Positions 15,800 to 23,569 of a DNA stretch of 39,602 bases are shown piece by piece. The stretch comes from Planctomycetota bacterium. Lineage in GTDB: Bacteria; Planctomycetota; UBA1135; UBA2386. Location: assembly GCA_965223545.1 (NCBI GenBank), contig CBDCWY010000001.1, positions 1-39,602 of the forward strand, written 5' to 3'. How positions within the stretch are numbered: the first letter of the stretch is position 1; each line of letters starts with the position of its first letter. Position numbers and translations under genes: made by a program. Below the pieces are notes generated by a model. It was not told the origin of the DNA. It saw only the letters and a list, made by a program, of their open reading frames with translations, and did not search any database.

Positions 15800-17483
15800 C
15801 GGACGTCGCCGCGCGGGCGCTGACGATCCAGTTGAGCGCGGCCCTCTGACGCGACCCCAGCAGCGCGACCGAGTCGCCCGAGCCCGTGGATGCGGCCGCC
15901 ACGGAACCGACCCCCGACGCCGTCGCCGCCGTGTCGCCGCTGCCCGTGGTCGCCGACGAGATCGAAGCCGCTCCGAGGAGCGTGGCGGACGCGAGGCCGG
16001 CGGCGACCTCCCCGACGGACAGCGATCCCGACCCCGACGCGGCCGCAGACACGAGCGCGGTCCCGCTCGAGCGGGACGCCAGACCCCCGTTGCCGCCGAT
16101 CAGGGCCGACGTCTCTGCGACGCCCTCGGAACGCGCAGAGACGGGTGCCAGTGCGACGATCAGGCCCTCGGCGACCCCTGAGCCCTCGGCCGCCGCGATC
16201 AGCGCCCCGTCGCCCACAAGGGCGACAGTGACGTCCGCCGATCCCCCCGACCGCGACCCTAGCCCCGCTGTCCCGCTCGCGGTTGCGGCGACGTCGGCTC
16301 CTCCCGTCGTGCCAGCGATCAGAGGCGCGGTGGCAGCGGCGACGGTGTCCCCTTCGGCGCTCCCCGTTGCGGCGGCGGCGAGCGCGCCGGCTGCCGATGC
16401 CTGTGCGCTCGGCTCGCCGGACCCGACCGCAGCCCCGGCGAGCGCTCCGACGCCACCCAGCGACCCGGCGACGTCGGCCGAACCGATCGACTGCGCTTCG
16501 ACGTCGGTCGGAGGGATCTCCGGCTCGGTCTCGAACGCGCCGGCGATGAAGTTCGAGCGAGTCCGCCCCGCGATGTCGACCGAGCCGAACAGCGACGACT
16601 GGTCCGAGCCCTGATAGGTGGCTGCCGCGAGACCCTTCACGCGCGGGTCGAGCGACGCGAGCGACGTGTCCTCGATGACGTCGGCCGGCGTCTGGTTGAT
16701 CCAGGAGTTCGCGCCGGGGTTGCCGCTCGCCGCGCCGTCCGTGACGTTGAAGTCGCCGCCCACTCCGGACGTCGAGTTGATGAGGTCGGTCTGCCCCGTC
16801 AGCAGGCAGACGTTGTTCCACAGGGTCATCTCGTTCGTGCCGATGATGCCCCAGTTGCCGGTGGAGAGGAACGTGCAGTGCCCGACGTCGAACGACGCGG
16901 GGCTCCCGGCGGCGTTGGTCCCCGCACGGATCGACGTCCCGGTCGACGACCACAGGACGCTGTCGTGCAGGACGGTCCCGTCGCCGCCCGCGAACCTCCC
17001 GACGATGTAGCCGTTGGCGTTGTTCGGGCCGACGTCGCGGTACAGCAGGCAGTAGCGGATCGTGAGGTCGTCGCCCGCCGCCTCGACGCGGACGCAGTAC
17101 GCCGCCGCGGTCGTGGACGTGCCCTCGCTGAACACCGCCAGGCGCTCGAGGACGATGTCGTTCGTCGCGACCGTGACGAGCGCGGCCGTGCCGGTCGACC
17201 GGATGTGCGCGAAGTCGAGGTCGGTCCTCATCTGCGTGAGGTCGATCCCGGTGTCGACGTCCCACTCAGCGGCGTTGAGGAAGTCGTTCGACGAGCCACC
17301 GCGCAGCGTGTGCTGCTGGTTGTTCGAGTTGCTGACGTTGATCGTGACGACGCCCGCGTCGAAGTCCTCGTCGATCTCGCCTATCCAGCGGTCCGTCGTG
17401 TTCGACGGGATCGCCGCCTCCCACAGCGCCGCCGTCGCGTAGTCGCCGCCGCTCGAGCGGATCGACCGGATGACGTCAGCCAC
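15741..17483 (-). CDS. Putative virion/tail-appendage protein: beta-helix-like N-domain plus Ala/Gly/Ser-rich repeats
   Basis: GGDYATAALWEA...; Asn/Gly-rich beta-helix-like middle ending DIAGRTR...AGAFE; long A/G/S/T-rich C-terminus. Confidence 0.6.
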   Translation of the reverse strand: MADVIRSIRSSGGDYATAALWEAAIPSNTTDRWIGEIDEDFDAGVVTINVSNSNNQQHTLRGGSSNDFLNAAEWDVDTGIDLTQMRTDLDFAHIRSTGTAALVTVATNDIVLERLAVFSEGTSTTAAAYCVRVEAAGDDLTIRYCLLYRDVGPNNANGYIVGRFAGGDGTVLHDSVLWSSTGTSIRAGTNAAGSPASFDVGHCTFLSTGNWGIIGTNEMTLWNNVCLLTGQTDLINSTSGVGGDFNVTDGAASGNPGANSWINQTPADVIEDTSLASLDPRVKGLAAATYQGSDQSSLFGSVDIAGRTRSNFIAGAFETEPEIPPTDVEAQSIGSADVAGSLGGVGALAGAAVGSGEPSAQASAAGALAAAATGSAEGDTVAAATAPLIAGTTGGADVAATASGTAGLGSRSGGSADVTVALVGDGALIAAAEGSGVAEGLIVALAPVSARSEGVAETSALIGGNGGLASRSSGTALVSAAASGSGSLSVGEVAAGLASATLLGAASISSATTGSGDTAATASGVGSVAAASTGSGDSVALLGSRQRAALNWIVSARAATSVSSGATLSASSSAALDVQT

Positions 17484-17841
17484 GACGGCGGCTCTCGCGG
17501 AGCTCTTCGACCTCTGGGCGCTCGACGATCGGCGGAGCGACCGACAGGCGCAGGGTCTCGGCCTTGCTCACACGGACGAGTCCGTCGCGGGAGCGTCGCA
17601 GCATCGCGCGGTCCCCGTTCGACAGCCCGGCCTCTAGGGCGTCGAGGTCGACGACCTTCCCCGGCATCTCGTCTGCCGGGAACGGCAAATCCGGGACGCG
17701 CAAGAACACGAACTGGCGCTCCGCTTCGCGTCCGAAGTCCGGCACGTCGTCCGGCAGGACGCAGATCACCGTGCCCGGGACGTCGTCCGGGTCGCCTGGA
17801 GCGTTGCGCCGCCCCGTCCGGTGCAGGGCCAGGAACGGCAC
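17476..17841 (-). CDS. Hypothetical protein
   Basis: 121-aa ORF tiled between structural genes. Confidence 0.6.
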   Translation of the reverse strand: MPFLALHRTGRRNAPGDPDDVPGTVICVLPDDVPDFGREAERQFVFLRVPDLPFPADEMPGKVVDLDALEAGLSNGDRAMLRRSRDGLVRVSKAETLRLSVAPPIVERPEVEELRESRRRG

Positions 17842-17845
17842 GACG

Positions 17846-18535
17846 CTACGTCTCGACGACGTTCAGGTCGCCGGCACCGAACTGCGGGGTGATCCCGGAC
17901 GAGACCGCCAGAGTGACCACCTTCGTCGCCACGCCTGCGCCGTCCGCGGTGAGCGCGACGGCCCCCCCGCCCTCGGTCGCCGAGACCTGGAACGTGTCGG
18001 TGGTCGCCGAAATCACGTAGTAGACGGTCCCCGCGGCGATGCCTGTCGGCAGGGTGTCGCCGGTCTGCGCCCGGAACGTAACTCGGTCGTCGTCCGCCAG
18101 GCCGTGCGCGGGCGACGTGAAGAGGTCTCCGGTGTCGGTCGCGGTGAACGCGCCCACGCGCGACCCGAGCGGCGACGTGTAATAGATCTTCCCGGCCCCG
18201 GACGACGCGCTGCCCATCGAGTAGTGCGTGATGACCTCGGAGCCCCCGGTGCACGCCGGGAACGCCTGCACGTTCGCGTTCTCGAGCCCGTTGCCACCGT
18301 CGGTCACCCACTCGGTGCCGCCGCGGCTGACCGTCTTCCGCGCGTATCCCGTGTACGCCGCCTCGCTGGTGTTCTGCGAACCGCCTACGCCCGGGTCGGC
18401 CGTGTGCAGCGCCAGGTGCACGCTGCCCAGCGTGGCGGAGGGCTGGAGCCCCGAGGCGTCGCCCACGTCGGCGACCGCCGTGTTGTTCAGGATGAGCTTC
18501 AGAACCTCGTTCGCGAACGTCGACCCCTTGGGCAT
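17846..18535 (-). CDS. Virion structural/tail-fibre-associated protein
   Basis: LALHTADPG...EAAYTGYAR...FP...ITHY, with an inserted AHGL...LPTGIAAGTVYYV...TFQVS module, both seen in phage tail proteins. Confidence 0.7.
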   Translation of the reverse strand: MPKGSTFANEVLKLILNNTAVADVGDASGLQPSATLGSVHLALHTADPGVGGSQNTSEAAYTGYARKTVSRGGTEWVTDGGNGLENANVQAFPACTGGSEVITHYSMGSASSGAGKIYYTSPLGSRVGAFTATDTGDLFTSPAHGLADDDRVTFRAQTGDTLPTGIAAGTVYYVISATTDTFQVSATEGGGAVALTADGAGVATKVVTLAVSSGITPQFGAGDLNVVET

Positions 18536-18547
18536 CGCACTGTCTCC

Positions 18548-18934
18548 CTAGCTGCCGCCGCCGGCGACGATCTGCACTTCAAGCTGCTTGCCCGCCTGCT
18601 TCGTGTCGGTCGAGTCGACGAGGTCGATCCGCCCGTAGTAGTCGCCGGGAGCGAGCGTCACGGTCTTGTCGAAGACCGCCTTCGCCTGGACTCCGTCCAC
18701 GTCTTCGAGGCGGTCGTCACCGGCAGGAACGACGTCGAGCTCGAACACCGTCTCTGCCCCGCCGGAAGCGGGCCACAGCACCAGGCGCACGTTGTCGAAC
18801 ATCGACAGATCTTGAGGCCGGACCTCGAGGCCCGTGTCCTCGTGCACCGTGACCAGCACCTCGCGACGCTGGTCCCGGTACAGGACGTCCAGTCCCGGCA
18901 GGCGTGTTCGGGCGGCGATCCTGCGGCGACTCAC
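18548..18934 (-). CDS. Ig-like/BppU-N-like structural protein
   Basis: Beta-rich; QDLS...TLAPGDYYGRIDL; TAGACT 7 nt upstream of the GTG. Confidence 0.45.
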   Translation of the reverse strand: MSRRRIAARTRLPGLDVLYRDQRREVLVTVHEDTGLEVRPQDLSMFDNVRLVLWPASGGAETVFELDVVPAGDDRLEDVDGVQAKAVFDKTVTLAPGDYYGRIDLVDSTDTKQAGKQLEVQIVAGGGS

Positions 18935-19051
18935 GCGGGAGAGTCTAGCCGACGTGGCAGCGGGCCAACGGAGAAGCGCCCCGCCGCGTGAACGACAGGG
19001 CGCTGGGAAGAAGGAGCCGACGCCGCTCTCGCGGCGAAGGCAACGGGATGA

Positions 19052-19369
19052 CTACGTCTCGGGATCGTGCGCGTACGCGCCGAGCGCGTCGAGCACTTCG
19101 CCGGTGATGTCGACCAGGTCCGCGCCGCCGGCGACCTCGCCGGTCCAGCCGACGACCGCGGCGACGATCGCTGAGTGTGACGTCGTCGGGTCGCGCGGGT
19201 CGCCACCGCTGCGCAGGTGCGCGTCGATGACCTCGAGGATGCGGCGGTGAAGGTAGCCCTCGTCGTCGGCGGCGGTGATGCCGTCGACATCCGCGACCTG
19301 CGCGCGGAGCGCGATCACGTCCTCGCGGGACTTGTGCGGCCAGTGGGGGCGGGGTTCGGTGACGGGCAT
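19052..19369 (-). CDS. Hypothetical protein
   Basis: ATG 19369 just after the upstream stop. Confidence 0.55.
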   Translation of the reverse strand: MPVTEPRPHWPHKSREDVIALRAQVADVDGITAADDEGYLHRRILEVIDAHLRSGGDPRDPTTSHSAIVAAVVGWTGEVAGGADLVDITGEVLDALGAYAHDPET

Positions 19370-19371
19370 GA

Positions 19372-19566
19372 CTACATGATCTCCAAGACGGCCTTGCGGA
19401 CCTCGGGGTGCTGCGACACGCGCGGGTCGGCCAGCAGTTTGTGGAGCGACGCGCGGTGAACGAGCAGCACGTCCGACACCTGGAGTCGCTTGAACGGGTG
19501 ACGCGCCTCGACCACGGCCGCCAGCTCGATCTCGTGGCGGCTCTCGGGCGAGTTGAGCCCGGCCAC
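19372..19566 (-). CDS. Small hypothetical protein
   Basis: GTG overlapping the upstream TAG; MAGLNSPESRHEIEL... Confidence 0.5.
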   Translation of the reverse strand: MAGLNSPESRHEIELAAVVEARHPFKRLQVSDVLLVHRASLHKLLADPRVSQHPEVRKAVLEIM

Positions 19567-20216
19567 TACTGCGGGCGGCCCAGAGAGCCGGAGCCGGAGA
19601 GCGACGACGCACCGGAGGTTCCCGCCCCGGCGTTGTCCGCGTCTCCGCCCTGAACGCTGCCCTCCGTCGTGATGGTCACGACCTCGGGAGCACCGTTCGT
19701 GGCCTTGAGCGCTTCGGTGAGGTCCTTCAGCGAAGCGTTCGTCTTCTGCGCGTACTCGATCACGGCCATCGTGACCTCGCCGGGCGTCGCGCTGGCGAAG
19801 TTCCAGTAGACGTGCCCGCCGTACGCCTGGCCGGGCACGGCTGCCTGGTCCCTCGCCGTCTGCGCGAGGTTGGTCGCCGGCATAGGAGCACCGGCCGACG
19901 CCGCGCCCGATCCGGGGACGGTCCCGCAACCGGACAGCAGGGCTGCGGACAGCAGAAGGGCTGCTCCGGCCGCGGGCCGGGCGGCGGTCTCGACCTCGAT
20001 CAGTGCGTGCGTCCCACGCGAGGACGACAGCGTCCCGGCCTTCTCGGCCTTGTGGACGATGCCGAGGGCGGCGAGCCATGCGCCGAACGCCGCACCCGCG
20101 ATGTCCCACCGACGCGGCTCCTGCGCGAGCGCGGGGACGGCGACGGACAGCATCGTGATGGTGGCCCCGATGACGGACTTCCACCCGTTCATCGGGAAGC
20201 GGTCGAGAATGCTCAT
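19566..20216 (-). CDS. Holin-like two-TM domain fused to an internal lipoprotein segment
   Basis: GWKSVIGATITML...AAFGAWLAALGIVHK, then AALLLSAALLSGC (lipobox LSGC). Confidence 0.55.
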   Translation of the reverse strand: MSILDRFPMNGWKSVIGATITMLSVAVPALAQEPRRWDIAGAAFGAWLAALGIVHKAEKAGTLSSSRGTHALIEVETAARPAAGAALLLSAALLSGCGTVPGSGAASAGAPMPATNLAQTARDQAAVPGQAYGGHVYWNFASATPGEVTMAVIEYAQKTNASLKDLTEALKATNGAPEVVTITTEGSVQGGDADNAGAGTSGASSLSGSGSLGRPQ

Positions 20217-20235
20217 GCGGTCCTCCGTTCGCAGC

Positions 20236-20403
20236 TCACTGTATCACTCCCTTCTGACGGAGCAACCCGCGAACCAGCTCGGTCACGGTGAGGCCGCGGT
20301 CCCGGGCGTGCTTGCGCAGCCTCCTGCGCTCCGCCTCGGTGAACCGCACCCGCAGCGAGTACGTCTTCCGCTCAGGCTTCGACGGGGACGCGCTCTCGGG
20401 CAC
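20236..20403 (-). CDS. 55-aa ribbon-helix-helix (CopG/MobC-like) DNA-binding protein (not in ORF track)
   Basis: MPESASPSKPERKTYSLRVRFTEAERRRLRKHARDRGLTVTELVRGLLRQKGVIQ; GGAGG upstream. Confidence 0.75.
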   Translation of the reverse strand: MPESASPSKPERKTYSLRVRFTEAERRRLRKHARDRGLTVTELVRGLLRQKGVIQ

Positions 20404-20530
20404 GCTCGCGGACCTCCTGGGGCGCGCGGACGTCCTGCGCCTCGCTGCGCGGCGGCGGACACAGGATCAGGTGGACGCACAGCCCGACACCGATCGCCGT
20501 CGCCCCGACGAACACGAGAAGCCACCACAT
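20372..20530 (-). CDS. 52-aa single-TM peptide (not in ORF track)
   Basis: MWWLLVFVGATAIGVGLCVHLILC...; TGATG overlap with the upstream gene. Confidence 0.55.
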   Translation of the reverse strand: MWWLLVFVGATAIGVGLCVHLILCPPPRSEAQDVRAPQEVRERARERVPVEA

Positions 20531-20844
20531 CAGCGGCGCTCCCGGAGCTCGTCCAGCGCGTCGAGGATGCGGGCGTTGTCAGCCTTCTGCTGCTCGTAGC
20601 GCTCCGTCCTCGAACGCTCCAGGGCAGCCCAACGCTCGACGTTCCGCGTCTCCTCGGAGACCACGCGCTCGGTGAGCTTGTCGAGCTTCTTGGACGACTC
20701 CGCGTGTCCCTCGGACGACTCGTGGTCAGCGACGCGCTGGAAGAGCTTGCCCGTGGACATCGAGGCGACGGCGAGCGTGGTGGCCAGCGCAAGCCAGGGA
20801 GCGAGGCGCTTCGCCGGGCTGGCCGGAGGCGCGGGAGCGGTCAC
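20530..20844 (-). CDS. N-terminal TM plus coiled-coil protein (holin/spanin-like)
   Basis: WLALATTLAVASM, then a charged heptad region. Confidence 0.6.
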   Translation of the reverse strand: MTAPAPPASPAKRLAPWLALATTLAVASMSTGKLFQRVADHESSEGHAESSKKLDKLTERVVSEETRNVERWAALERSRTERYEQQKADNARILDALDELRERR

Positions 20845-21077
20845 TTGTGGGCCGTGACCTGAGTCGGCTTCGTCGGGTGGGCGGGGTCCACGAGGACCGT
20901 CACGCCGCCGTTGTCCTGACCGCGCTCGAACGCCCGCAGGATGTTCCCGTCGAGGTCCACGTAGGTGACCGGATCGGGCGTCTCGCCGTCCGAGTACGTG
21001 ACCATCGCGCTAACGCCCGCCGTCGAGTAGGTCATCGCCGTCACCGTGCCCGGGCCGCGTGGGTTGGGAGCCGCCAC
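20841..21077 (-). CDS. Hypothetical protein
   Basis: GGAGG 6 nt before the GTG; 78 aa. Confidence 0.55.
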   Translation of the reverse strand: MAAPNPRGPGTVTAMTYSTAGVSAMVTYSDGETPDPVTYVDLDGNILRAFERGQDNGGVTVLVDPAHPTKPTQVTAHK

Positions 21078-21315
21078 CGTTCACCTCCATGCGCATCGCG
21101 TCGACCGAGACGCGCAGAAGGCGCGCCTGTTCGCCGAGATGGTACAGCATGACGATCTGAACGGCGCTCGCCGCGAGCAGCGAGAGGGCGACGCACCAGA
21201 CCAGCGGGTGCACGCGGGCGACCTTCACGTCAACGCGCTCGATGACCTTCACTTCCGAGTGCAGTCGGGGGAAAGCATTCTCCGACTCCGGACTCAGCGC
21301 TGTCGCATTCCGCAT
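21010..21315 (-). CDS. Single-TM protein
   Basis: LVWCVALSLLAASAVQIVML; SD and TGATACGAT upstream. Confidence 0.55.
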   Translation of the reverse strand: MRNATALSPESENAFPRLHSEVKVIERVDVKVARVHPLVWCVALSLLAASAVQIVMLYHLGEQARLLRVSVDAMRMEVNGGGSQPTRPGHGDGDDLLDGGR

Positions 21316-21362
21316 GCTCTCTCCCCGGCGAATGAGCCTGACGCCGGGTTCATCGTATCAAG

Positions 21363-22124
21363 TCACACCGCGACCCAGGTTCCGACGAATGACGTGGCCA
21401 CCCAGGTGCCCGACTCGAAGCACCGCAGCGCCAGGCTGTCGTGAGTCGTCGAGGACTTCCAGCCGGTCGCGCTGGATACACCGTCCACGACGATCACGTC
21501 GCCCGAGGGCACGACGCTGAACTCGTCGCCGGGACTCGAGCCGCCGACGCCGCAGACGACGACGCGTCCGGGCTTCGCGCTGCGCAGCGTCAGCGTCACC
21601 GGGCCCGCCGCGTCGAGCGACGCGTACTGCCTCGCCGCCGCCTGGTCCAGCTCCTCCGCGACCGAGACGGACACCGTCACCGGGCGCGCCTCGGCGAACC
21701 CCCAGCGGGCGACCTCGACCCAGGTGTTCGGCGTCGCGGTCGCGTCGAGCTGGAGCAGCAGCCGCTCGGAAGGGTCGGCGAGCGTGACGTCCTCGCTGTC
21801 GCGCAGAGACACCTGCCCGAGGGAGCCGACCTCGTGCGTCACGGTCACGACCCGCGAGGCGTCGGCGATGCCGATGACGAGCGGCTGGCCGCCGTCGAAG
21901 TTCACCGGGTCGATCGTGTCGAGGACGTCGGTGGCGGCCGCGCCCTCGGTGTCGATCGACAGGACGCACTCGACCGGGACGAACGACCCGGTGGCCAGGA
22001 CGTACGTCCCGACTGGCGCGCCGCCGATGAGCCGCGCGGTGAACTCGCTGATGTCGCCGAGAAGGCTCTTGAGCGCTGCCTGCGTGGCTGCGGCGGCCCA
22101 GTCGGCTCGTGAAGGAAGTGTCAT
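21363..22124 (-). CDS. Putative tail fibre / minor tail protein
   Basis: IDTEGAAATDVLDTI...RVVTVTH...WVEVAR; follows the tail-tip genes. Confidence 0.65.
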   Translation of the reverse strand: MTLPSRADWAAAATQAALKSLLGDISEFTARLIGGAPVGTYVLATGSFVPVECVLSIDTEGAAATDVLDTIDPVNFDGGQPLVIGIADASRVVTVTHEVGSLGQVSLRDSEDVTLADPSERLLLQLDATATPNTWVEVARWGFAEARPVTVSVSVAEELDQAAARQYASLDAAGPVTLTLRSAKPGRVVVCGVGGSSPGDEFSVVPSGDVIVVDGVSSATGWKSSTTHDSLALRCFESGTWVATSFVGTWVAV

Positions 22125-23569
22125 CCGATCCCCCAGACAATGACGTCACAGAACCCGTCCCGGTCCAGGTTCGGGTGCTTGCGACTGACGAGAAGCGGGC
22201 CGAGCACGTTGTCGAAGTCCAGCGGAAAGATGACGGTGTCCGGGTCGGTTCCCGGCTGCTTGATCGTGGGCGTCACCTCGATGATCTTGAAGAACGTGCG
22301 CTGCAGCGGGATGCGGACGCCCCCGCTCGGCACCGTGAGGTCGTACGTCACCTCGGCCTGCAACGTGTAGGAGAGCGACCACTCGACCTGAGTGATGCTC
22401 GACTGGAGCGGGCCCGGCGGCAGGATGACGCGGAACCTGTAGGTTCCCGGATCGATCGCGTCCACGACTCCGAACCAAGGCTCGACCGGGTGCCCCGGGA
22501 CGTCGATGCGCTGGAAGTCTATGCGCATCGGCCCGTTCGGCGAGTCCGACGCGACCTCGATCGTGAGCCGTGCCGCGGGGTAGACCGTCGGCGTAAGAAG
22601 GTCGACGTCGAACTGGTACACGAGCTCTTCGTGGATGCCGGTCCACGCCGCGACCGTGTCGTCCACCCAGTAGGGCAACGTCGAGCCGTCGCCCCACTCG
22701 TTCGCTATGTCGCCCCACCACGCGGGGTGCGTGTCCGACGCGCCCGGCAGAAGGTCAGCCTCGATGATCTCGTCCGGAGCGGTACCCGTGACCGTCCCTC
22801 CGGTGATCGTTCCCGGGTACCCCATCGCACCGAGGTCGACGTGGATGTCCTCGTACAGCAGGGACGAGTACAGGGGGCGACCGTCGCTGAAGAACGCGGT
22901 GGCCTCCAGCGAACGAACACCGTCGGCGTTGATCGACTTCACGAGGATCGTGCGCGCTCCGCCGGGTACCTCGACGAGCGAGAAGGGCGAGAACGCCATC
23001 CCGCTGTGCGCCGGCTCGGCGAAGTCCCACGCCTCGGGGCCCCACTCGCCCGAGGCGTGCCTGATCTCGTAGCCGACGATGACGTCGCTCTCCTGTTTCG
23101 GCCACGAGAGGCTGTCGAGCCCGGTGAACCGCAGCCCCTCGGGCGGCGGCGGCCGGGTGACGTCCTCCACCCCGTCGAGCTCGGTCTCGGTGTAGGTCGT
23201 CCGCACGAACGAGCGCCACTCCGAGCGCGACTTGTTCCGCGTGTCGATCGTCCGGACGCGCACCTCGTAGTCCGTCTCGGGCTCGAGCTCGGCGATCCGG
23301 TACACGCCCGAGTCGGGATCGAGGAGCCCGCTCGACGAGAACGTCGGGTCGTCGATCGGCAGAACCTCTGGGTCTTCCTCGGGCACCTCGCGCCACTGGA
23401 CCTCGTAGGCAAGCGAGGGCTTCTCGCACTCGCCTAGGCGGCGCGCGACCGTGCTCGGACCGTACGGCGCGAAGCGGACCTCGATCTCGCCGCGCGGCGT
23501 CGCCGGTGCGATCGGGGGCTTGTCCGTCCCCGGGGTGTTGCCGATGCCGATGGGACCGCCGCTACCCAC
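22121..23569 (-). CDS. Tail protein with fibronectin type III-like domains
   Basis: YEVQWRE...LEPETDYEVRVRTID...SEW; LSW...VGYEIR...LVKSINADGVRS. Confidence 0.75.
   Translation of the reverse strand: MGSGGPIGIGNTPGTDKPPIAPATPRGEIEVRFAPYGPSTVARRLGECEKPSLAYEVQWREVPEEDPEVLPIDDPTFSSSGLLDPDSGVYRIAELEPETDYEVRVRTIDTRNKSRSEWRSFVRTTYTETELDGVEDVTRPPPPEGLRFTGLDSLSWPKQESDVIVGYEIRHASGEWGPEAWDFAEPAHSGMAFSPFSLVEVPGGARTILVKSINADGVRSLEATAFFSDGRPLYSSLLYEDIHVDLGAMGYPGTITGGTVTGTAPDEIIEADLLPGASDTHPAWWGDIANEWGDGSTLPYWVDDTVAAWTGIHEELVYQFDVDLLTPTVYPAARLTIEVASDSPNGPMRIDFQRIDVPGHPVEPWFGVVDAIDPGTYRFRVILPPGPLQSSITQVEWSLSYTLQAEVTYDLTVPSGGVRIPLQRTFFKIIEVTPTIKQPGTDPDTVIFPLDFDNVLGPLLVSRKHPNLDRDGFCDVIVWGIG

Noticed and set aside
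19021..19036. Intrinsic terminator CGCCGC-TCTC-GCGGCG
   Set aside because: The hairpin is present but has no adjacent U tract on either strand.
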